Assembly: GCA_012862495.1 (NCBI GenBank)
Contig: BLSG01000137.1
Coordinates: 146,586-210,585 of the forward strand
Origin: Thraustochytrium aureum
Taxonomy: Eukaryota
Length of the DNA: 64,000 bases
Direction: 5' to 3'
Shown piece by piece: positions 33,904 to 45,133 of the stretch; positions within the stretch are counted from its first letter, which is position 1, and each line of letters opens with the position of its first letter. The position numbers and the translations under genes are program-made. Below the pieces are notes generated by a model. The model had not been told where the DNA came from, did no database searches, and saw nothing but the letters and a program-made list of their open reading frames with translations.

Positions 33904-34455
33904 AATTCACGAAACCGGAAGGGCGGCGCCGCCCGACGATTCGACCCCAGGGGCGGCCCCAGGGGAGAGCCGACGTCTCGCACAGCAGCACGCGAGCGGC
34001 CCCCGCGGACTGTTGTCGCCGCCGAGCTCGTGCGCACCGTATCGGGCGTCTTCGTGTGTCGGCAGTAGGTATGTTGAGTGCGCTCTGCATGGAAGGGAAA
34101 AAAGGGGAAAATCAAAAGCGTTTCGCAGCTGCGGAACGCAATCGCGCAAGTGCGGTAAGTGCGTTACGACGGGCTGGGTTGGAGCCGTCCAGGCCGCGGG
34201 CTCATGCGGCGTCTCGCGGGTGAGGGCTTTGCTTGGCCGCGCACTCTACGCTGTATAGCAATCATCCTTGTGTGTAGGTCACTGCGCTGGCGCACGGCTT
34301 GGCGCTTCATGGGCGACTATTGAACGACGAATTTGTTATTTGGCCTTTGCCTTGACAAGATGCCATTTTGGAAGTCAGACGGAGCGAGAGATGGAGGACT
34401 GGTACAGCTGCTGCGAGCAGCAGGGAAAGAAACAAAGGCGAGTGCGCGCAGGCCG

Positions 34456-35715
34456 TCAGTACGTCGGCGGCGGGGCCTCGGTCAGGTCTTTGCCGCAGCG
34501 GTCTCGCAAAAACGCGTTGAGCGCGTCCTCGCCGTCCTCGCGCGCTTTCGCTGAAGCCTCCTCGAGGAAACCCAGCGTGAGCGCGTCTGGGTTTGCCGCC
34601 GTCAGCACGCGCACCACGCCCAGTTCGATTCCGGTTGCACGCGTCTGTATGAGGTGGTGGTAGTTGAGGAAGCGCCCCGTGTCTTGCACCAGGTCGATGC
34701 TCTGGTGCAACGGCAGGCCTGGGCCCAGAGCTAGGAACTCGCGAATGTTGTCCTCATCGAGTTCCNNNNNNNNNNNNNNNNNNNNNNNNNNNNNNNNNNN
34801 NNNNNNNNNNNNNNNNNNNNNNNNNNNNNNNNNNNNNNNNNNNNNNNNNNNNNNNNNNNNNNNNNNNNNNNNNNNNNNNNNNNNNNNNCTTCCGTTGCGG
34901 CATCTGGCACTTGCTCGGGCTTTGGCGGGCCAAGCGCGAGGTCAGCTGGGTCAGGCACCACGTTTCTGCCCTCGCCTCGCCTTGGGGCCCCGAGGGTTAG
35001 GACAAAGTCCTTGATATCCCAGTTTTGCTTGCGGCAGAGCGGGGCGAAAAGGGGCGCAAGGCCGCGGCTGAACAGGTTGTAAGCAGAGTCGATGTAGATC
35101 GAGTAGGGCCAGCTGGCGGCTCTGAGCAGGGCGGTGACGCTACGGCGCGCGATGAAGACGTCGCAGAGCTTGAACCGGCCCAGCAACTTGATCCTGCAAC
35201 ACCAGCGCGCATCTGCGCGCTGGCCCTCGAGGATCGACTGCACTTTTCGGCAGATCGCGTTGATGTCACTGCCTTCGAGCTGAATGACGTGCGTGAGGAG
35301 CGCCTCGCTCGCGTACGCGTGGGGAAGGCAGTTCAGGCACGAGTGCTGCTCGCGGAACTCGTTGGCGACAAGCACGGGGCGTCTCGTCAAGTTGGCACGA
35401 AGCGCGCGCACGACGTCCGCCGGGCTGACGTCGCGACCGCCGTTCCGGCGCCTCGCGGCGTCTTCCATATCTTCCACGTCAATAATGCCGGTCGGCAGCC
35501 AGCGGGGTGCGCTGGGGCCCGAGCCTCTTGGCGCCATCGGCGCAAAGTCCCGCCGCCCGATGCGCGAGTACTTGAACAGCTCGGCCGGGTCGGCCTCCTC
35601 AGGGTCGAGCTTGTAGACCATCGCGAGCAGCCCGCGGTGCCTTGGCCGGCCGCTCGCTCGAGCAGTAGGTGTGCCACGAGGTGGAGTGCCCTCAGGCGTC
35701 GCTTCGTGGAACGTC
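34456..35715 (-). mobile_element. Unknown protein with a weak MULE-transposase-like segment (gapped, 5' end missing)
   Basis: Open frame with FREQHSC and IYIDSAYNLFSRGLAPL, like the MULE first catalytic Asp motif (iDxTY..n). Continues past a gap to ...DLTEAPPPTY*. Confidence 0.3.
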
Positions 35716-36314
35716 CNNNNNNNNNNNNNNNNNNNNNNNNNNNNNNNNNNNNNNNNNNNNNNNNNNNNNNNNNNNNNNNNNNNNNNNNNNNNNNNNNNNN
35801 NNNNNNNNNNNNNNNNNNNNNNNNNNNNNNNNNNNNNNNNNNNNNNNNNNNNNNNNNNNNNNNNNNNNNNNNNNNNNNNNNNNNNNNNNNNNNNNNNNNN
35901 NNNNNNNNNNNNNNNNNNNNNNNNNNNNNNNNNNNNNNNNNNNNNNNNNNNNNNNNNNNNNNNNNNNNNNNNNNNNNNNNNNNNNNNNNNNNNNNNNNNN
36001 NNNNNNNNNNNNNNNNNNNNNNNNNNNNNNNNNNNNNNNNNNNNNNNNNNNNNNNNNNNNNNNNNNNNNNNNNNNNNNNNNNNNNNNNNNNNNNNNNNNN
36101 NNNNNNNNNNNNNNNNNNNNNNNNNNNNNNNNNNNNNNNNNNNNNNNNNNNNNNNNNNNNNNNNNNNNNNNNNNNNNNNNNNNNNNNNNNNNNNNNNNNN
36201 NNNNNNNNNNNNNNNNNNNNNNNNNNNNNNNNNNNNNNNNNNNNNNNNNNNNNNNNNNNNNNNNNNNNNNNNNNNNNNNNNNNNNNNNNNNNNNNNNNNN
36301 NNNNNNNNNNNNNN

Positions 36315-36572
36315 ATGGCGATGGCCGACGCGGCGGCGCTCGCAGAGGCCATAAGCGCGGCGGAGGTGCGGCGCGATATTGCGTCTGCCATGTGGCGCGT
36401 TGGCGAGGAGCGCAACGCGCTTGCACTCGCGCTGGCGAGGCTGAGCGATCTGAGCCAATTCGTCGGGGCGACCTCGCTGGCCGGCCCGCGAAACGCCCTG
36501 CTGCGCGTGGTGCCTGGCCCTGTGAAGCGGGCGTGCTTTGATCAAGTTCTCTCTTGGGTTGTGGCGCGATGA
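36315..36572 (+). CDS. 3' end of an unknown protein (rest in gap)
   Basis: Open frame from the gap edge to TGA, helical Ala/Leu-rich. No motif recognised. Confidence 0.4.
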   Translation: MAMADAAALAEAISAAEVRRDIASAMWRVGEERNALALALARLSDLSQFVGATSLAGPRNALLRVVPGPVKRACFDQVLSWVVAR

Positions 36573-36617
36573 AGAGGCGCGATGAAGCGGCGCGATGGAG
36601 CGGCGCGATGAAGCGGC
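36563..36617. repeat. 13-bp tandem repeat (GGCGCGATGAAGC) x4 overlapping a stop codon
   Basis: ggcgcgatgaaga ggcgcgatgaagc ggcgcgatggagc ggcgcgatgaagc. Confidence 0.85.
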
Positions 36618-36765
36618 TAGGCATGTATGTTTTCGTTTGTCCTCTAGTTGATGAAACCGCGCCGCGGCGCTGGCTCGCGCGACCTCCACCTGGCGAGTTC
36701 CCGTTGCAGCGCCCGCGGCCCGGACAGCAGGAAGCCGCGCGCATCCCCTTGAAGGCTCGCGGGCC

Positions 36766-38912
36766 TCACGCGCCTTGCGCAAGCGGCTCTGTTTCTCGGA
36801 GCATCCACTCCCTCGCCTCGCGGGAAGACGCTTCATCAAGCAAGCCTCCCAACTCACGCCGGCACATGCTGTGATACGAGTCGACCCAGGCCCTGGCCGG
36901 GGGCGAGAGGAGCTCAACGTCGATCATGCGGCGCTGGAGTGGGACGAGCGTGATTGTGTCGAATGCGACCCACTTGAGCGCCGGGTTGAACCGAGCAGCG
37001 AGTGGGAGCTCGCCCTGGCATTCGCGGGACACCATAACGTTCTCGATGCGGATGCCAAACTCGCCTGGCTGGTAGTAGCCCGGTTCGTTGGAGAGCACCA
37101 TGCCCGGCGCCATCGAGCTCGGGGAGAACCCGCTCCCGTTCGTCGTTGGCGACTTGCTTGGCAGCCCGCTGTGCATGAGCGGTGGGTACTCGTGCACGCC
37201 AAGGAAGGCGCCGAGCCCGTGGCTCGTCCCGTGCTTGTAGTCAAGCCCGTTCCGCCAGAGCGGGGCGCGGGCCAGAAGATCGAGCTTGGCCGGCTCAGTG
37301 CCCTCTGCAAAAATGGCCTCGGCAAGGGCAATGTGGCCCTCGAGCACGAGCGTGAACGCGGTGCGCTGGAAGCTGGTGGGCTCGCCCCCGAGGCAAAGCG
37401 TACGCGTCATGTCGGTGGTGCCGAACGAGTACTGCCCGCCCGTGTCACAGAGGTAAATGTTGCCCGGCTCAAGCACCCTGTTGGTTTTTGTGGTTGGCGC
37501 GTAGTGAATGACCGCGCTGTTGGGCCCCGCCGCGCTGATTGTCTCAAAGGAGGGCCCTCGGTATTCCTTGCAGCGGCCGCGGAGCTCTTCGAGCTTTGCA
37601 GCTGCTGCCAGCTCGTCGACGCCGTCCGGGTTGCCGCGGTCCAGCTCCCCTTCGAGCCACGCGAAAAACGTGCACAGCGCGACGCCCTCCAAGGCGTGCG
37701 CTCTGCGCATGCCATCCAGCTCAGCCTGCCCGTCTTTATTGCCTTGGCGCGCTTGACGGGGCTTGCTCGAGAAAGTGTCCGCACCGGGCGAGAACCTCTT
37801 GCGCCGCCGGAAGCGCACTCGAGGCGAACTGCGAGACTGCACGAGTCAGGGTCAATCCAAACCACAAGGGGCTTGGCGAGGGCCCCTGCACGCTGCTCGC
37901 CACCTGGAGTCTCGTCGCGGCTTTCCGCGCGGCGATGCGCGTCGTCTTGCTCCTCGGCGCTGCGGCGCGCCCGTTTCGCTGGCTGGCCTTGCGCAGGGTG
38001 GGGCGGGACCAGGCACAAGGTCCTGGCAGAGTTTTGCAAGGCCTTGAAGGACGCTCTCGCGCGAGTCGTACGCTTGTATTGCGTCGGGTCCCAGCGCTTC
38101 GCGGATGTGCGCGACGACCTGCGGCCGCTCGACGAGTGCGGCCTGGTCGACGAGCAGCGCGCCGCGGGACCTCGTCACGACAAGGTACGAGAAGAACACC
38201 GGTGTGTAGGGTATGTCCGAGCCGCGCAGGTTTAGCAGCCAGGCGATCTCGTCCAGTGCTGACAGGACGATGCAGTCGGCATCGGCAGCGGCGAGTTTTT
38301 TCGGAGGTCTGCGAGCTTGTCGGCGACGGTCCTCCCGGCCAGGCTTGAGGGGTGAACCTGCAGCGCGCCGCAGGGCCGCGCAGGCTTGCTGCCTTCGTCG
38401 GCCCACACTTGATCCACGAGGTCGGCCTCGAGCGGCGTGAGAAGGATGCACCTGCAGGCCTTGCATTGGTGGTTCGCCGGGCGCGAAACGACGTTGGGGC
38501 AGCAGCCCTTGGTCGTTCGCAGTGCCTCGTCCCAGCGCATGGCGTTGGCCACGGACACCAGCTGCGCGCTCACGCCGACCCGCGATCCGGGTTCAAGTTC
38601 TTCTGCGAGAAACTCGGGGAACGTCTTCACGCCCTTGTCTGCGATTCGCATGAGTTCCCACTCTGGCCCGAGTTGGCGCGCCGCTTGTTCAAAGTACCTT
38701 CCATCCGTCCAGAGCAGCGCTCTCGCGTGCGTCACGACCGCCGTGCCCGCGCTCCCCGTGAACCTCGTCACGAACTCCCTGCGTTTGTCGCAGGGTGCCA
38801 CATACTCGCTCTGGTGAGGGTCTTGCGACGGCACGACCAGCGCTGCCAGCCGATTTTCAACGAGCAGCGCGCGCAGTCGTGCCAGCCGCGCCTCGCCAGA
38901 GACCAAAGCCAT
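36766..38912 (-). CDS. Xaa-Pro aminopeptidase (aminopeptidase P, XPNPEP1-like, M24B); three homopolymer frameshifts
   Basis: DPHQSEY, FTGSAGT, LWTDGRY, LDEIAWLLNLRGSDI, AELDGMRRAH, DTGGQY..GTTDMTRT, HGTSHGLGAFLGVHEYP, SNEPGYY...FGIRIEN. Confidence 0.95.
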
Positions 38913-39050
38913 CTCGACCACTGGCCTGCGCTACCGCGTCGCTCTGGGCGGCTCGTGCAAGAGTGGATTGGATTTTGGCGCTTCCTGTCTTCTTGATCTT
39001 GAAATGTATCTTTTCGACAACCAAAAAAAAGTTCGCCGAAAAAAAAGGGA

Positions 39051-39164
39051 AGCGGTAACCGGGAATCGAACCCGGATCAAGCACTATCTCCTGCGATTCG
39101 AGGCTGCGAAGCCCCCGTGTTCCTTTGTGGGAAACGCTTATCATAACCATTAGACCATTACCGC
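39051..39164 (-). tRNA. tRNA-Gly (probably CCC) with a 42-nt intron at 39086-39127
   Basis: Revcomp: GCGGTAA TG GTCTAATGGTTATGAT A AGCGT TT CCC A [intron] A GTGCT TGAT CCGGG TTCGATT CCCGG TTACCGC T. A and B boxes are present, with an oligo-T Pol III terminator just downstream (39025-39046). Confidence 0.9.
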
Positions 39165-40700
39165 TGGACTTTACTGTCTGGGAGCCTCGAGGCTGCTGTC
39201 CAAGCTTTGGTACCTGAGCCTTGCCGCAGTGGCAACCCCCATCGACGTCGCCGTCGTCGCAGCCGCCGTTCTCACTTGGTCCTCACCGTGCTTTTCTCCA
39301 GGGATCAGAGCTGGCTTGCCGTCAAGCGCCTCGCCCAGCAAATCCACCGTGGCGCGCTGGCCGCCGGAGCTACGTCGGCATGTTTGGGCTGTGTTGTCCT
39401 CATGATCGGAGCCGCTGCCATAGATGCAGGCGCTCCTGCGCTTCGCGCTCCAGGCTTCTAGTCCATCCAGTGGCGAGCCGCGCAGCCGCGCAGCCGCGCA
39501 GCCCCAGCCCCAGCTCAGCCTCTGCCTCGATCGCGCTGATGCGTGAAAGCCTGGTCGGACGCTGGAGTCGTGAAACGCCTCTGCGAGAAAGGTGGGCGGG
39601 ACGCGATGTGTCCCAGAATCTCCCGTCGTGTCGATTGAACCTGAAGCTTTTGAACTCACCGACACTGCCGACAGGTAGGGTGCTTNNNNNNNNNNNNNNN
39701 NNNNNNNNNNNNNNNNNNNNNNNNNNNNNNNNNNNNNNNNNNNNNNNNNNNNNNNNNNNNNNNNNNNNNNNNNNNNNNNNNNNNNNNNNNNNNNNNNNNN
39801 NNNNNNNNNNNNNNNNNNNNNNNNNNNNNNNNNNNNNNNNNNNNNNNNNNNNNNNNNNNNNNNNNNNNNNNNNNNNNNNNNNNNNNNNNNNNNNNNNNNN
39901 NNNNNNNNNNNNNNNNNNNNNNNNNNNNNNNNNNNNNNNNNNNNNNNNNNNNNNNNNNNNNNNNNNNNNNNNNNNNNNNNNNNNNNNNNNNNNNNNNNNN
40001 NNNNNNNNNNNNNNNNNNNNNNNNNNNNNNNNNNNNNNNNNNNNNNNNNNNNNNNNNNNNNNNNNNNNNNNNNNNNNNNNNNNNNNNNNNNNNNNNNNNN
40101 NNNNNNNNNNNNNNNNNGCCTTTCGGGCTCGCTGGCCGGCGAGACCCGAAGAGCAGCTGGGAATGTCGCGTATCCGGACACGGCTTTTTTTGATGGTCCG
40201 ACGGGTCCGAGCGGAGGGTCGCGGTTGCGCCAGGATCGCAGTCCCACCAACACCTTGAGCTTGCACACTGTGTCACGTGCCGCGTCCACTCTTTCATTAT
40301 TTGAATTTGAATGGATTTGGGCTCTTCAGGTCAAAAATACAAACGGAGTTTGGGCATCGTTCGCTTTGGGATCAAGCGTGGCGCAGCACGTCTTTTGGAG
40401 GTCTTCAGGGCACAGAATATCGAGCGTTGGCGCTGCTCTGCCATGCTGCAAGGCCCGCCATGCCGCAGGATCTGCGTGCGAAAAAGCCAATCAAGTAGGC
40501 GAAGAGAACTTCTCGACTCTCTCGCAAGGAATGAAGGGGAAACGCGAAAAGGTGACCAGGCTGCAAGCGCTGGCGATCCCAGCGATGCCCGCCCCCGGGG
40601 CGCCAAGGACCGGCAGACCCCAAACGCGCAACAGCAAGCCCAAACGAAACCTCGCTAGAGAACAGCAAGCCAACAGCCAGCCCTTCCAGCAACAGACACC

Positions 40701-41531
40701 ATGTCGGCAGTCGTCGCATCCGTCAACCCCAAGTTTGATGCCGGACAGGCCAACCCGGATGGCGTCAAAACCCCTGCTCCGTCGAGCGGCAAGGTCAAGG
40801 TCTTCAAAGCCCTCGCGATCCTAGGCGCCGTCGCCGGCGTTGCGGCGATCGGCTTTGTGGTTGGGTCCAGCCAGAGCGGAACGCCCAACCTCCAAGGCAC
40901 GAGCTCGACTGGTGAGCCATCCTCGCAAGCTCGCGCTGCACAGATCCTCCCGCTCGGGCTCGGGCTCGGCAACGTCGACATCCCGTGCCGCATCGACCAG
41001 GTCCAAGGTAGCTCGCCCCGAAACGGGTGCTCGAACCGCTTTGTGCCGTGCGGGACGCTCAACCCGAACAACTACGCGCGTGTGTACACGAACGGCGGCA
41101 CAACCTGCTCGCGCCCTGATGGTAACATCGACGTCTATGACGCCAACAAGCCCTCCAAAGTTCTCGTGCAGTTCAACGGCGGCTCTTCGCGCAACTTTGA
41201 GTGCATCGAGATCGAGATGCAGTGGGGCGAGTGCTGGGGCCTCAACCCCGTCAACGGCGGCAACTACGACTGCCAGGGCCGCTGTGGCGGTGGCTGCGGC
41301 GGCAGCGGTTGCTCGAACTGGGCCGGCGACTGCCTTGTCCACGACGTCTGCAGCTGGTACTACTCTGCCTCCGGCGGCGCTGGCGACGCAAACTGCGGCG
41401 ACGAGTTCAACAAGGCGCAGGGCGACTTTCTCTCCTTTTGCTTTTGGGGCGGCAAGCAAGCTTGCGAGGCGTCGCGCGAGCAGGCGAGCGCGAGCAGCGC
41501 GGCCAACATTTGCGGCCCCTACACGAACTAG
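40701..41531 (+). CDS. Type II membrane-anchored Cys/Gly-rich protein with a PLA2-like DCxxHDxC motif
   Basis: TM helix ALAILGAVAGVAAIGFVVG. Ectodomain CQGRCGGGC...DCLVHDVCSW...CGDEF. Strong codon bias. Confidence 0.8.
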   Translation: MSAVVASVNPKFDAGQANPDGVKTPAPSSGKVKVFKALAILGAVAGVAAIGFVVGSSQSGTPNLQGTSSTGEPSSQARAAQILPLGLGLGNVDIPCRIDQVQGSSPRNGCSNRFVPCGTLNPNNYARVYTNGGTTCSRPDGNIDVYDANKPSKVLVQFNGGSSRNFECIEIEMQWGECWGLNPVNGGNYDCQGRCGGGCGGSGCSNWAGDCLVHDVCSWYYSASGGAGDANCGDEFNKAQGDFLSFCFWGGKQACEASREQASASSAANICGPYTN

Positions 41532-42088
41532 CCACGGGCCAAAACCACAACACGATGTTCCTTCCTTTCTCACGTTTCGCCGCCAGCTGCGCGCCGCATC
41601 GCGCCGTCGACGCGCACTCGGCGCTTGGCCGCGCGCACGCCGGCATCAGCATCCCAAGGTTTCCCAACTCGCGAATCGATCGAGGACCTGGAACAAAGAG
41701 CGGATCCGGGGCAAAGCGAACACACTGCACAATGCACACTCCACACGCGCAGAGGGCTAGTTGGAGAGTCACTACGCTCTCCCGGCCGAACGTGGCGCCC
41801 GCCGCTCGTCGCATCGGCGGGCATGCAGCTCTGCGCCTACCGACGATGCCGAGTTGGTGCCCGGAGGCTGTCGTCGACGTGCCCCACTTGTGTTGTCAGA
41901 GCCCACCCACCCTTTGCGCCCCGCGCACGAACCGGAGCCCGACTTGCTCGAGCCCGAATCAGACGCGGAGGGCTTTGCGACGCTACTGCTCGAGGCCGGC
42001 GCGCTCGCTCGTCGCAGAGTGTGGCAGCCGGACTGCTGGAGCAAAGGCTGGCTTGGGTGGCGGCCACGCGACATAGCAATCCTTGACG

Positions 42089-44203
42089 ATGGGCAAGCTC
42101 GCGTTGGTCGCCGGCGTGGGCGTTGTGGTCTTCGCCGTCGTGGTTGGTGCCGTCGTGGTCTGGCTGTTCTTCCCGGAGGCGTTGCCAGCGCCCCTGTTAG
42201 AACTCAAGCTGCGGCGGACCGCAGACAACCGCCGGTCCTACCAGCGAAAGCGCCAGTCGGGAGGGCGGTCTGGGCGCGCCTCCTTGAGCAAGGAGGAGAA
42301 GACCAAGCGCCCAAGCACCAAGCGGTACTCGGTCGACCGCAAGGGCAACCGGTTTTACCGCGAAAAGCTCCGCGACTCTGACCCGGAAGATGAGTCGCCC
42401 AGCACAGCGCAACCGGAGCCGGAGACCAGCCCGTCCAACAAGTCAAGACTCGGGCGCGCCGCTGCAGGAAAGCTCAAGGGCGCCCTGCGCGGCGTCGGCG
42501 TCGGCGTCGGGGCCCTCGTAGCCGTGCCAATCGTCGTTGGCGGCATGGCAGCTGAAAACCTGCACAGCCGCGCGACGCGCAACCGGACGGCGGCACCTGC
42601 CTCGAACGGCGACGGAGGGGCCCAAACCGCTCCGCCAGCCGCGGACAACCACGCAAGTAGCAAGGCGCGGTTCCCGAGTTTTACAATGCCAGCGCACAAG
42701 GCCGAGCCCCGCCCGCCCGGCGCCGCGGCGCGCCGGNNNNNNNNNNNNNNNNNNNNNNNNNNNNNNNNNNNNNNNNNNNNNNNNNNNNNNNNNNNNNNNN
42801 NNNNNNNNNNNNNNNNNNNNNNNNNNNNNNNNNNNNNNNNNNNNNNNNNNNNNNNNNNNNNNNNNNNNNNNNNNNNNNNNNNNNNNNNNNNNNNNNNNNN
42901 NNNNNNNNNNNNNNNNNNNNNNNNNNNNNNNNNNNNNNNNNNNNNNNNNNNNNNNNNNNNNNNNNNNNNNNNNNNNNNNNNNNNNNNNNNNNNNNNNNNN
43001 NNNNNNNNNNNNNNNNNNNNNNNNNNNNNNNNNNNNNNNNNNNNNNNNNNNNNNNNNNNCCTCCCACAAGCTGCTAAAGGCCACGCTCAAACCGCACGCA
43101 GACTTGACAACCTGCGCCGCCTTTAGCCCGAACGGCCAGTACATAGCGACGGCGGGCGGGCCCCGCGACACCGCGGTGCGGCTCTCAGTGCGCGCAACGA
43201 TGGGACTGAACATGGGCTTGATCCGCGTGCAAACCGCGATTCTGCCGGTGGATGACTGGGTCGCCTCGCTAGCATTCTCTGCCGTGGACGCCTTTTACCT
43301 GTGCGCGGGCACGGGCAACTCGGGGCACGTCGTCGTGTTTCGCGTGTTCCGGCAGTCGTCCAAGAAGCCCCAGCTTGAGGTCCAGTTTCAGACCAACCAC
43401 CTTGGCCCGGTGCGGCACCTTTACATGGCCGCCGTGCCCTCGATGCTGGACGCCTACTTTTTGGCCACCGCAGCCAGCCCGGGCGACCCGGCGCTCAAGC
43501 TCTGGAACTTTGGCAAGAAGCCCAAGCTCGCCTTCGAGAAGGAGTTCGAGGACATCGACTCTATCGCGCAGGTTCGCTTCGGGCGCAGCGGCCGGCTGCT
43601 CGCGGTGACCGGCTGGGACGTGGCGTCCGCCGACCCTCACCTGGCGCAGCCGCCTCGCGAGCGGACGCGGAGCCGGAGGGCGACGTCCCGGAGCACGACC
43701 CGGCGCCGCTCGGAAGCCCGGTGGCGGCCCTTTTCGACGTGCGCTTCTCAAATCGCGGTGTCAGCAAGAGAGGCTGGACAGTGGACTCGATCGAGCCGGC
43801 CCCATACTTCTCCACCAGCGAGGGTTTCGGCGCCGCGCGCGTTCTCTCTATCTGCCAGCGAAGCGGGATCATGGCCGCTGTGGTTGACGATGCCTGGAAG
43901 GTGGTGCGCCTGCGCGAGTCGAGGATGGTCGAGTTGGCTGCCTTTCCTGGCGCCGACCCGTCCAAGCCGTTCTCCTGCGTGGCGTACTCGGACCTGCAGC
44001 GCTGCTTGGTCGCCAGCAAGGGCCAGGACCTCTACTTTTTCTCGCTGCCGGCGGCGGACGGCGGCATGCCAGAGCTCTCCGAGTTTGTCCACAATGCGCA
44101 CGACAGCGACATCGCGGAGATACTGCTGAGCCCAGAGGAGGATTCGGTGCTCACGCGGGGGAGCAACAGCGTCTCCGCGCGCCTGTGGCTTCTCTCGCTC
44201 TGA
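42089..44203 (+). CDS. N-terminally anchored WD40 protein, TBL2-like (gap and frameshift)
   Basis: N-terminal TM, basic linker, then SHKLLKATLKPHADLTTCAAFSPNGQYIAT, which resembles the first WD repeat of TBL2. Ends AHDSDIAEILLSPEEDSVLTRGSNSVSARLW. Confidence 0.7.
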
Positions 44204-45133
44204 ACTGGTTTCGTGGCGCGTTGCCGACCGGCGAGTGGCGAGTGGGTCCAATGACGCATCCATCATCGCGCCTGGGTGCGCACCCCCTCTGAAATAAAGA
44301 GTGCCTCCTGCGAGTCCTCTGGCCAACTTTCTATTGAACTGCAAGTGCTCCCTCCCCTCTCGCGCCCTCGCGCTCTTCCCTTGCCAGCATGAATGAGGGC
44401 GGATGGACCTGTCTGCCGTGATGGCATGAAGTGATCTCGCGCCAACGCGTCCACTGAGTTGCCAACGCCCTCCGTGGCCACCGCAAGATACTCTTTGCCG
44501 TCGGAGTGATGACTGGAGAGGAGGAGCCTGAAGCTCGAGCTTCCGCGGTGTCGAGTGACCTCATCAGGTGACAGAAGCGCCGAGGTGGGCANNNNNNNNN
44601 NNNNNNNNNNNNNNNNNNNNNNNNNNNNNNNNNNNNNNNNNNNNNNNNNNNNNNNNNNNNNNNNNNNNNNNNNNNNNNNNNNNNNNNNNNNNNNNNNNNN
44701 NNNNNNNNNNNNNNNNNNNNNNNNNNNNNNNNNNNNNNNNNNNNNNNNNNNNNNNNNNNNNNNNNNNNNNNNNNNNNNNNNNNNNNNNNNNNNNNNNNNN
44801 NNNNNNNNNNNNNNNNNNNNNNNNNNNNNNNNNNNNNTCTTCTCTCTTGCCGTCTCCTCGACGTCCACTTTCTTCGTGTTCTTCACCTCCGAGCTGCTCC
44901 TGTTCGATCAATCAAATCAAAAAAAAAGCGACGAGTGTTATCGTGTGCGACACGTGCGGCTCCAGCCCACAGACGAGCAGGTCACAAGCAACGTCGACTC
45001 GGAGCCGGACGCGCGCAGTGTGGCAACCGAGTGGCTCGCGGCAAAGCCAACAACGCCCAACAACGCCCAACAACGCCCAGCAACTTGGTGGAAGGGGAGG
45101 GGAGGAGGAGGAGGAGAGGGAGGAGAAGCGAAG

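Noticed and set aside
31300..34110. Terminal inverted repeats around the DUF6729-like gene
   Set aside because: Only short scattered matches (cccttcca, tacctac), not distinguishable from chance.
39171..40297. ORFs next to the tRNA, considered as a tRNA-targeting element
   Set aside because: No integrase or RT motifs, no duplicated tRNA end, and half the region is gap.
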